From positions 1 through 64,000 of IMG/VR virus record IMGVR_UViG_3300028569_000019: DNA of 64,000 nt; one strand, given 5' to 3'. Shown here one piece after another: positions 15,265 through 22,419 of this stretch. A model generated the notes under the pieces. It was not told where the DNA came from. It worked only from the letters and a program-made list of their open reading frames with translations, and searched no databases. The translations under genes were made by a program, and so were the position numbers. How positions within the stretch are numbered: position 1 is the stretch's first letter; every line of letters begins with the position of its first letter. This DNA comes from a virus.

Positions 15265-15342
15265 GGCTACGTAGCCCAACTGGAAGGAGGCGTCTGTCTT
15301 AGAAACAGAATAGTACTGGTTCGAATCCAGTCGTAGCTACCA
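15265..15342 (+). tRNA. tRNA-Leu(UAG) copy 3, short variable loop
   Basis: GGCTACG/CGTAGCT acceptor, same anticodon arm, CCA. Confidence 0.85.
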
Positions 15343-15351
15343 ATTTTTTGT

Positions 15352-15444
15352 GGATGATAGGCAGATATAAGCTGGCTGCACTAGTCTTGAAAACTAGGTC
15401 CGTCTAAAAAACGGAGGTCCGGGCAGTACGGACATCATCCGCCA
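15352..15444 (+). tRNA. tRNA-Ser(UGA)
   Basis: CTAGT-CTTGAAA-ACTAG, long variable arm, G73, CCA. Confidence 0.88.
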
Positions 15445-15451
15445 TTTTAAT

Positions 15452-15516
15452 ACAACTCCACTTGACAATGGAACCGAAGACTGATAATATCGTCTCTTGA
15501 AGAAATCGGAGTTTGT
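15452..15516 (+). ncRNA. Unassigned small structured RNA between the two tRNA-Ser genes
   Basis: ACAACTCC/GGAGTTTGT closing stem; inner AGAC/GTCT hairpin. Confidence 0.35.
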
Positions 15517-15528
15517 CAAAAGATTTAT

Positions 15529-15619
15529 GGAAAGGTGTCTGAGTGGTCTAAAGAGACAGTTTGCTAAACTGTTGTGGCCTAAAAAACCACCGAGGGTTCG
15601 AATCCCTCCCTTTCCGCCA
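15529..15619 (+). tRNA. tRNA-Ser(GCU)
   Basis: ACAGT-TTGCTAA-ACTGT, long variable arm, G73, CCA. Confidence 0.93.
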
Positions 15620-15622
15620 TTT

Positions 15623-15696
15623 GCGGGTATAGCTTAGTGGTAAAGCGCCAGTCTTCCAAACTGGCAAGGTGAGTTCGATTCTCACTACCCGCTCCA
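15623..15696 (+). tRNA. tRNA-Gly(UCC)
   Basis: GCGGGTA/TACCCGC acceptor, CCAGT-CTTCCAA-ACTGG, U73, CCA. Confidence 0.95.
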
Positions 15697-15703
15697 ATTT
15701 AAC

Positions 15704-15778
15704 TGGGGATTGATTGTAATAGTAGCAAATCAGACTTTGAATCTGAGAGAATCGGAGCGTAACCGGTATCCCCTGCCA
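15704..15778 (+). tRNA. tRNA-Gln(UUG)
   Basis: TCAGA-CTTTGAA-TCTGA, U1 mismatch, G73, CCA. Confidence 0.85.
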
Positions 15779-15845
15779 TTTTATTTAATTAAATATTCAA
15801 TGATAAAATCGAACTTTCATTCTGTTCTTACATATTTATGTATGT

Positions 15846-16526
15846 ATGAGTAAAAAAAGAACAAGTATTATCTGGAAAATTTCAAACGAAGATTTTGCCA
15901 ACTTAGTGAAAAATAGCAAAACTATGACTGAGTTACTAAAGCACTTTGGTATGGAAAATAAAGGTGGAAATTTTAAAACGTGTAAAAAAAGAATTAATGA
16001 ATTACAAATTAATACTAGTCATTTTCTTTCTAGGACACAATCAAGTACTTGGAAGAGACAAGTTACAAAAGAAGATTTATTAAAAAAATTGACAACAAAT
16101 TCGTGTTATAATAGAACAGATTTAAAAAAACGTTTAATTAAATTTGATATAATAAAATATGAATGTGCAAATTGTAAAAATAATGGCATCTGGGGAAATA
16201 AAAAATTAACTCTTCAATTAGAACATAAAAATGGAATATCAGATGATAATAGATTTGAAAATTTAGAATTTTTATGTCCTAATTGTCATAGTCAAACGTC
16301 TACATTTGCAGGTCGTTCTCTAAATAAACACCGCATTAAACCATCGGAAATAAATCCTGATTGGAGACATCAACCAAGATATGAAAAAAGAAAAGTTGAT
16401 AGACCTTCAAAAGAAATTTTAGAAAAAGAAATTAAAGAAAATACTATGGTTAGTCTTGGGAAGAAATACGGTGTATCGGATAATTCCATAAGAAAATGGT
16501 GTAAAAATTATGGTATCAATTTATAA
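15846..16526 (+). CDS. HNH homing endonuclease (paralog of 14309..15004)
   Basis: LQLEHKNGISDDNRFENLEFLCPNCHSQT; KKYGVSDNSIRKW. Confidence 0.92.
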   Translation: MSKKRTSIIWKISNEDFANLVKNSKTMTELLKHFGMENKGGNFKTCKKRINELQINTSHFLSRTQSSTWKRQVTKEDLLKKLTTNSCYNRTDLKKRLIKFDIIKYECANCKNNGIWGNKKLTLQLEHKNGISDDNRFENLEFLCPNCHSQTSTFAGRSLNKHRIKPSEINPDWRHQPRYEKRKVDRPSKEILEKEIKENTMVSLGKKYGVSDNSIRKWCKNYGINL

Positions 16527-16529
16527 TGA

Positions 16530-16625
16530 TGTGCGTGTTGGGTGGAAACGTCCAACAGCGTGAGGGACACGATACACCCCTGTATGTCTGACCCGGACGA
16601 ATCTGATCCAGATAGGATAGGGTAA
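16530..16625 (+). ncRNA. Unassigned GC-rich structured RNA
   Basis: TGTTGGGTG-GAAA-CGTCCAACA GNRA hairpin, GAC..ATACA-CCCC-TGTAT.GTC hairpin, ACCC/GGGT stem. Confidence 0.5.
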
Positions 16626-16671
16626 ATTTTTAGTTTGACTTATACTATATATTGGTGTAAGATTTTTAAAT

Positions 16672-16746
16672 GGGCTTGTGGTGCTAGTGGTAACACGACC
16701 GGTTTGCATCCGGTAATCTCCAGTTCGACCCTGGACAGGTCCACCA
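16672..16746 (+). tRNA. tRNA-Ala(UGC)
   Basis: G3:U70 pair, ACCGG-TTTGCAT-CCGGT, CCA. Confidence 0.92.
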
Positions 16747-16795
16747 TTTTAAATTAATGTATGTTGATTAGTTTCAACTATATATTAATCATACC

Positions 16796-16871
16796 GCACT
16801 AGTAGCTCAATTGGTAGAGCGTATCGTTGCCAACGATAAGGTTGTCGGATCGTACCCGACCTAGTGCTCCA
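16796..16871 (+). tRNA. tRNA-Gly(GCC)
   Basis: GCACTAG/CTAGTGC acceptor, TATCG-TTGCCAA-CGATA, U73, CCA. Confidence 0.92.
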
Positions 16872-16928
16872 TCTTAATTTTGTGTGATCAAAAATCACTT
16901 TTTGCTCCGAAGACTACTATTTATTAGT

Positions 16929-17786
16929 ATGAGTAAGATACCAGTAAATTGTAAAATCTGTAATGTTGAGTTTGTAAAATATGAAAGTGAAATAAAAAGA
17001 ACTAACAATCATTTTTGTTCTAATAAATGTTCAATATTTTTTAATACTCAATTAAAAAAAATATATTTAGAAAAAAGAAAAACAGATTATTATAGCAGTC
17101 CAAAAAAATGTATAAATTGTGAAAATATAATTGATTTTGAAAATAAAATTAAAAATAAATATTGTTCTGTAAGATGTACTGCGATTTATACTCAAAAAAA
17201 TGGAGGACATTGTAAATGGTCTAACGACGATAAAAAAAGATTAGCTGAATTGGCAAAAAACAATTCTAAATTTTGTGGTTGGAATAGAAAAGAAAAAATT
17301 AAAAAAGAATGTGAGACTTGCAAAAAAGAATTTGAAGTGATACCATCTTTAAAAGATAGAAATTGTTGTTCACGACAATGTAAAAATGAATGGATAAAAA
17401 AAACAGATTATCTTAAAAATAAAGGACTCGGAGGATATCGTATAAATAGTGGAACTAGTAAAAGAGGTTGGTATAAAGGATATTTTTGTGGTAGTAGTTG
17501 GGAATTGGCGTGGGTAATATATAATTTAGAACACAATATACAATTTAAACGAAATACAGATAGTTTTGAATATACGTATAATGGAACAATCAAAAAATAT
17601 TATCCAGATTTTAAAATAGACGATGTTTATATTGAAATAAAAGGATATCATTCAAAACAATTTGACGCAAAACAATTACAATTTCCACACAAATTAAAAG
17701 TTTTTCACAAATCGGAATTAAAAGAAATTTTAAAGTATGTAAAAGATAAATATGGGAAAAATTTTACATACTTATATGGGAAGTGA
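16929..17786 (+). CDS. Zinc-finger + PD-(D/E)XK putative homing endonuclease (start moved to ATG 16929)
   Basis: FCSxxC repeats shared with 9535..10308; GSSWE...YYPDF...IEIKG; TATTTAT motif at 16918. Confidence 0.78.
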   Translation: MSKIPVNCKICNVEFVKYESEIKRTNNHFCSNKCSIFFNTQLKKIYLEKRKTDYYSSPKKCINCENIIDFENKIKNKYCSVRCTAIYTQKNGGHCKWSNDDKKRLAELAKNNSKFCGWNRKEKIKKECETCKKEFEVIPSLKDRNCCSRQCKNEWIKKTDYLKNKGLGGYRINSGTSKRGWYKGYFCGSSWELAWVIYNLEHNIQFKRNTDSFEYTYNGTIKKYYPDFKIDDVYIEIKGYHSKQFDAKQLQFPHKLKVFHKSELKEILKYVKDKYGKNFTYLYGK

Positions 17787-17817
17787 TGTGCCGGTTCGAT
17801 TCCGGCTACCCGCTCCA
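17785..17817 (+). pseudogene. 3' half remnant of a tRNA-Gly
   Basis: GCCGG-TTCGATT-CCGGC-TACCCGC-TCCA with no 5' half; same 3' acceptor strand as tRNA-Gly at 15623. Confidence 0.75.
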
Positions 17818-17825
17818 ATTTTATT

Positions 17826-19157
17826 ATGACTGGTTATAATTTCCCAAATATATGGGAGTCTTGTTTACAATTTAACATTGAACAAAAACCCGAAGAATTC
17901 AAATCTTTATTGGATTTTTTGAATGCAAACTCCAAAAAAAGAATCGCACTTGAAATAGGATCTAATTATGGTGGTTTTGCAGCTGGATTGTGTGAACTTT
18001 TTGATAAAGTTATAACGATTGATATAAAGCATAATCCTAATTTTGATTTACTCAAAAATAAATATTCAAATTACGAATATATAATTTCAGATTCCACCAG
18101 CAACGATACAATTAATTATTTAAAATCTCTCAACATTAAGTTTGATTTTATTTTTATAGATGGGGATCATTCATATAATGGAGTAAAATCTGATTATTTA
18201 AAGTTTAAGCAATTATTAAATTCAGATGGTTATTTAGGATTTCACGATGTCGTATCAAGTCCCGAAAATGAAGGCAACAATATTTTTGTAAGTAAGTTTT
18301 GGAGTGAGATCAAAACTCAATATATAGACAGTTACGAATTTATATCGGATAAAGCTACGAACGATTATTCCACCGATAATTTATTTCATTCGATTATGAA
18401 GAACCAAAGATACGAATCTTGGGGTGGAATTGGAATAGTTAAAAATTATCCTGTGTCAGTATTTTCTCACAATTATCTTAAAAATGATTGGGTGTCTATA
18501 ATAAAGAATCAATTTGAAAGAGTGGTTAAGTCTGGATTATACAATAGATGTGATCATTATTTTTGCGGTGTATATTCAGAATCAGATGAAGAATATTATA
18601 ATTTTCTTAAGATAGTAGATTCTTATGATAAAGATGTAAAAATAAAAGTTGTTCGTTATACCACGAATAAATTTGAATATAATACATTAATTAATTTGCA
18701 GAATTACTGTAAGCTAAATCCTAATGGGTGTGTTTTATATCATCACTCAAAAGGAACATCTAAAGTAATACAAACAGAATCAATAAAGTCTTGGCGTGAT
18801 TGTTTAGAATATCTAAACATAGATAATTGGCAAAAATCTGTCGATGTATTAAAGACTAAAAACTATGATGTTGTAGGTGGATTGTATGTTACACATTACG
18901 TTAGTCCGCAAAAAGAATATAGAAATTATTATTCTGGCAATTTTTGGTGGGGTGATTGTGAATATATAAATAGATTGCCAAATTTATCTTTGACTTTTGT
19001 AGATACGATGTATAATGGAGATATGTCAGACCATCGTATGGCGTGTGAGTTATGGATAGGTAAAGGATGGCACCGATGGTTAAACCACTATAGTGAATAT
19101 GTGGTGGGATGGGAGACTCACATTTTTGATTCTAAGAAATATAAAGTATTTGGATAA
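17826..19157 (+). CDS. Class I SAM methyltransferase (Methyltransf_24-like) fused to a putative glycosyltransferase-like domain
   Basis: LEIGSNYGG, FIFIDGDHSY, GFHD; C-terminal LYHHSKG...YSGNFWW domain. Confidence 0.75.
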   Translation: MTGYNFPNIWESCLQFNIEQKPEEFKSLLDFLNANSKKRIALEIGSNYGGFAAGLCELFDKVITIDIKHNPNFDLLKNKYSNYEYIISDSTSNDTINYLKSLNIKFDFIFIDGDHSYNGVKSDYLKFKQLLNSDGYLGFHDVVSSPENEGNNIFVSKFWSEIKTQYIDSYEFISDKATNDYSTDNLFHSIMKNQRYESWGGIGIVKNYPVSVFSHNYLKNDWVSIIKNQFERVVKSGLYNRCDHYFCGVYSESDEEYYNFLKIVDSYDKDVKIKVVRYTTNKFEYNTLINLQNYCKLNPNGCVLYHHSKGTSKVIQTESIKSWRDCLEYLNIDNWQKSVDVLKTKNYDVVGGLYVTHYVSPQKEYRNYYSGNFWWGDCEYINRLPNLSLTFVDTMYNGDMSDHRMACELWIGKGWHRWLNHYSEYVVGWETHIFDSKKYKVFG

Positions 19158-19169
19158 TACTTATATACA

Positions 19170-19180
19170 GTTCTTTAAAA
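19170..19180 (+). promoter_or_regulatory. boxA-like antitermination sequence before tmRNA
   Basis: GTTCTTTAAAA resembles rrn boxA. Confidence 0.35.
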
Positions 19181-19186
19181 TTTTAT

Positions 19187-19572
19187 GGGGATGTGTAGAT
19201 TCGACATAGATAAATATCTATTGTTAGGCACGTAGAGGATAATAGTTGGCCTCTTTAAAAGTTCTATTGAAAATTAACTGCTGAAGATAACGTAGTTAGC
19301 TATGACTTCTCTTATGATGACGTTGTAGCCCTTGCAGCCTAAGTTGTTGCACATTCAATACAATGAAGTCTGATAGTTGTGTTGAGTGTAAATTATTGGA
19401 CTGGACCAAATATTTGATTTGCGTAAATGGTCGAGATATTAGTAAATCTTAAGGGTAATATTTTTAGATATTTTTCATTATTACTTCCCAACAATTTAAA
19501 ATATATAAACGTGTAGTCTGGCAGTAATAATTTTTTATGGACGCGGGGTGCGACTCCCCGCCATCTCCACCA
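19187..19572 (+). ncRNA. ssrA: tmRNA; tag peptide AEDNVVSYDFSYDDVVALAA* (19280-19342)
   Basis: GGGGATG/CATCTCC-ACCA acceptor with G3:U, GATTCGAC 5' motif, T arm, resume codon after TAACT, tag ending in ALAA. Confidence 0.93.
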
Positions 19573-19574
19573 TT

Positions 19575-19790
19575 TTATTCTGGTTCAAAATCAATGTAGC
19601 TATCAATAATCAACACTCCACTATCATTGATGTAACCTTCTTCAATTAAATACTTCGTGATTCGTTCTCTACAACAATCATCCTCGTATAGATCACATTT
19701 TTCTGGATGTCTTAGTACAACAAATCTGTTAGCCCAAACAGTTATATCGTGATTGTTTATACTAACTTGGTGAAAATTAATCTCTTCCAT
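19575..19790 (-). CDS. Hypothetical protein
   Basis: 71-aa acidic ORF; TACTTATA motif upstream on the - strand. Confidence 0.6.
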   Translation of the reverse strand: MEEINFHQVSINNHDITVWANRFVVLRHPEKCDLYEDDCCRERITKYLIEEGYINDSGVLIIDSYIDFEPE

Positions 19791-19815
19791 TAACTATAAG
19801 TATATTTATACAGCA

Positions 19816-20226
19816 ATGAAAAGATATAGTTTATTATACGAATCTAGCATATATGATTATCTAGTATGGGAACCAACTGGAAAATTACAGTATATCGCCG
19901 ATGAGTTAGATAAAATTCCTACAGACAGTACTAAACTTTATAGAGGAATGTCTGAGAAAGAATATAATATTTTGAAGAGTACTGGTAAAGTTACTTCAAA
20001 AGGTAGGGGAAATACCCGAAACATTGTGGGTAGTTATCTAGCGAGTGATTTTAAATTGGCAGCTAGATTTGCCTTGGTCAATTACAGAGACAAAGGAGAA
20101 GGTATTATAGTAGTAATAGATAAAAGTAAGTTACCCGATTTAAAAAATGTAGATCCAGGTAATTATGTTACTAGTTATATACCGATAGAAGCAGTAACCA
20201 AAATTATAGACTTAAAACAGTTATGA
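19816..20226 (+). CDS. Putative ADP-ribosyltransferase-fold protein
   Basis: LYRGMSEKEY ... GSYLASDFKLAARFA ... GIIVVID. Confidence 0.5.
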   Translation: MKRYSLLYESSIYDYLVWEPTGKLQYIADELDKIPTDSTKLYRGMSEKEYNILKSTGKVTSKGRGNTRNIVGSYLASDFKLAARFALVNYRDKGEGIIVVIDKSKLPDLKNVDPGNYVTSYIPIEAVTKIIDLKQL

Positions 20227-20408
20227 GTAATATTAAACTAACAAAGGCTGAAGCCGAAAAGAAAGTATATCAACTAACCGAAGATCTCTTACACGTTAAG
20301 AAAGACTTCAAGGATGTAGCTGCTGGCTACAAAGATCGCATGAAAGAAATTGAATCTGAAATTAAAGCGATTGTAGAAGAAGCTTCAATTGGAGATCCAA
20401 CTAAATAA
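20223..20408 (+). CDS. Small coiled-coil protein
   Basis: 61-aa ORF followed by a terminator. Confidence 0.65.
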   Translation: MSNIKLTKAEAEKKVYQLTEDLLHVKKDFKDVAAGYKDRMKEIESEIKAIVEEASIGDPTK

Positions 20409-20411
20409 AAC

Positions 20412-20439
20412 AAAACCCGGTCTTTCGACCGGGTTTTTT
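20412..20439. terminator. Bidirectional intrinsic terminator
   Basis: AAAACCCGGTC-TTTC-GACCGGGTTTTTT between convergent genes. Confidence 0.88.
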
Positions 20440-20446
20440 ATTACTG

Positions 20447-20725
20447 TTATTTAGGAGCGGGTTTAAACGTGCCGTCTTTTAAATTGAGGCTGCCATCACC
20501 GTATTTTGTAGCTAAATTATTCAATAAACCTTCTTCTAATTTTTGAATATCTTTCCATTCAGCGAGAATTGCGGTTCTTCTATCAGTTAGTTCTGTTTTG
20601 GTTTGTTCCAATTCGATTTCTTCTAATTGCAATTGACCAAGTTCAAATATTTTCTGTTGATATTTGGATTGAACGATTGCGATTTCTTGCATTTCTTGTT
20701 CTGTAAATTTAGTAACATCACTCAT
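20447..20725 (-). CDS. Small coiled-coil phage protein (probable start MSDVTKF)
   Basis: C-terminal LATKYGDGSLNLKDGTF motif common in T4-like phage small proteins. Confidence 0.7.
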   Translation of the reverse strand: MSDVTKFTEQEMQEIAIVQSKYQQKIFELGQLQLEEIELEQTKTELTDRRTAILAEWKDIQKLEEGLLNNLATKYGDGSLNLKDGTFKPAPK

Positions 20726-20892
20726 AATATTTTCATATACATATGACGATTTTCTATTATTAGATTTTTTATATTTTAAAATAAAGTTGACGTAATCGCT
20801 ATTTGTATGTATTATTAGATTATGTTCTAAGGCTGGTAATCTTAGAACTCGAAAATATATTACCACGGTTAAATATTAAATTATAAATTAGT

Positions 20893-21084
20893 ATGACAGT
20901 TAAAAGTGATAGTGTTATGGATAACAATATTAAGTACGTAATCCTACGTGATGGCAGACGAGTTTCAGATTTGGAATATCCATCCAAGGATGAAGCTAAA
21001 ACTGAATATGATCATTGGTCTTCAATTCTTAAACGATGGCCAGATGGTTCTAAAATTGAAATTGTAGAAGTGAAAGGTAAATAA
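20893..21084 (+). CDS. Hypothetical protein
   Basis: 63-aa ORF, coupled to the next gene (TAATG). Confidence 0.6.
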   Translation: MTVKSDSVMDNNIKYVILRDGRRVSDLEYPSKDEAKTEYDHWSSILKRWPDGSKIEIVEVKGK

Positions 21085-21317
21085 TGAGTGGTAATATATT
21101 TGGTCTGAAACAGAAGATTAACGCAGCTAGTACAGAAAAAGAAGTACTAGATTTGTTGCAGATAAGCAAAACATACGTAGATGCATCTCCAGAAACAATT
21201 CGTTCTTGGAAAAATGCTTCTGCGAAAAAATTACAACAGTTAAATTCGACTATTTCGTCAGTAGAAAAGGTTGAAAATGATAGTGATAAACCAGTAAAAA
21301 AGAAAAAGAAAAAGTAA
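21084..21317 (+). CDS. Hypothetical protein, Lys-rich C-terminus
   Basis: 77-aa ORF followed by a terminator. Confidence 0.6.
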   Translation: MSGNIFGLKQKINAASTEKEVLDLLQISKTYVDASPETIRSWKNASAKKLQQLNSTISSVEKVENDSDKPVKKKKKK

Positions 21318-21339
21318 GATTTAACCAAATTGGTTCTGA

Positions 21340-21372
21340 AAAGACGTTACTTCGGTAACGTCTTTATTTTTT
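21340..21372 (+). terminator. Intrinsic terminator
   Basis: AAAGACGTTAC-TTCG-GTAACGTCTTT plus U-tract. Confidence 0.85.
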
Positions 21373-21387
21373 CCTATATACTTATAT

Positions 21388-21741
21388 ATGATGACAGATA
21401 AATACTCTTCATTAACTTTGCCATCTGATTATGGTCAGATGGAGAGTTTGATTAAAATCAATAAAATTAAATTGATGGAACAGGTTGTTTCGTCAATATG
21501 TTATGCGGTGGAGAACAATTTGAATGCGATAGAGGTCTTTAATTTTAAAGACTCCGATTTCATAGTAGTATTAGACCGCAATTCTTTCGAAAGTAATTTA
21601 AATACTATTTATAATTACTACATCTCATCTGAGGTATATGAACATTGCGGTCGTGTTTTAAATATTAAACAACAACTAAACCAAAAAAATGAGCAAGAAA
21701 AAAGACACAAGCCCAAAGGTTCACCAAAACGAAAAAATTAG
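21388..21741 (+). CDS. Hypothetical protein
   Basis: 117-aa ORF, TACTTATA motif upstream. Confidence 0.65.
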   Translation: MMTDKYSSLTLPSDYGQMESLIKINKIKLMEQVVSSICYAVENNLNAIEVFNFKDSDFIVVLDRNSFESNLNTIYNYYISSEVYEHCGRVLNIKQQLNQKNEQEKRHKPKGSPKRKN

Positions 21742-22399
21742 AGAATCAGTTAGAATAGATGAACGATCTCTTACCCCAAAACAAATTGAATTATTAAATT
21801 TACTACAAAATAAAACAACCAAACTAGTCTTTATATCTGGCCCAGCTGGAACTTCCAAAACATATACATCAATATTAGCCGGTTTAAACTTATTGAATCA
21901 AAAAAGAGTGAGTGAAATAGTTTATGTACGAAGCATAGTAGAAAGTAGTGATAGCAAATTAGGATTTTTACCAGGTGAAATGGATGAAAAAATGAGTCCA
22001 TACATTCAACCATTGATCGATAAGTTAGAAGAATTATTGCCAAAACACGACATTGATAAGTTGAAAAAAGAAGAACGCATTCATGGATTTCCAATCAATT
22101 TCTTACGCGGTTTAAGTTGGAATGCTAAATGTATCGTAGCAGATGAAGCTCAAAATATGACTAAAAAAGAATTAACCACATTGATCACACGTGTTGGCGA
22201 ATTTAGTAAGTTATTTATCTGTGGCGATCCTGATCAAAGTGATATCAATAGTAAAAGTGGATTTGTACCGATGATGAACATTTTTGACGACGAAGAAAGT
22301 AGAAATAATGGCATTTATGTGTTTAAATTCGACGAAGAAGACATTGTTCGAAGCGGTTTAGTAAAATTTATATTAAAAAAACTAAAAAATGTTGGGTGA
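21689..22399 (+). CDS. phoH: PhoH-family ATPase
   Basis: GPAGTSKT Walker A, LGFLPG, FLRG, DEAQN, GDPDQSD, DIVRSGLV. Confidence 0.95.
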   Translation: MSKKKDTSPKVHQNEKIRESVRIDERSLTPKQIELLNLLQNKTTKLVFISGPAGTSKTYTSILAGLNLLNQKRVSEIVYVRSIVESSDSKLGFLPGEMDEKMSPYIQPLIDKLEELLPKHDIDKLKKEERIHGFPINFLRGLSWNAKCIVADEAQNMTKKELTTLITRVGEFSKLFICGDPDQSDINSKSGFVPMMNIFDDEESRNNGIYVFKFDEEDIVRSGLVKFILKKLKNVG

Positions 22400-22419
22400 T
22401 TAATAATTATTAATATATT

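Noticed and set aside
15091-15342. 87-nt tandem repeat considered as a CRISPR array
   Set aside because: The units are whole tRNA-Leu genes without unique spacers; no cas genes in the window.
4343-16871. HDV-like theta ribozymes at tRNA 3' ends
   Set aside because: Most tRNAs encode CCA followed by U-rich spacers, and no nested double-pseudoknot pattern was recognised by eye; a motif search would be needed to exclude them fully.
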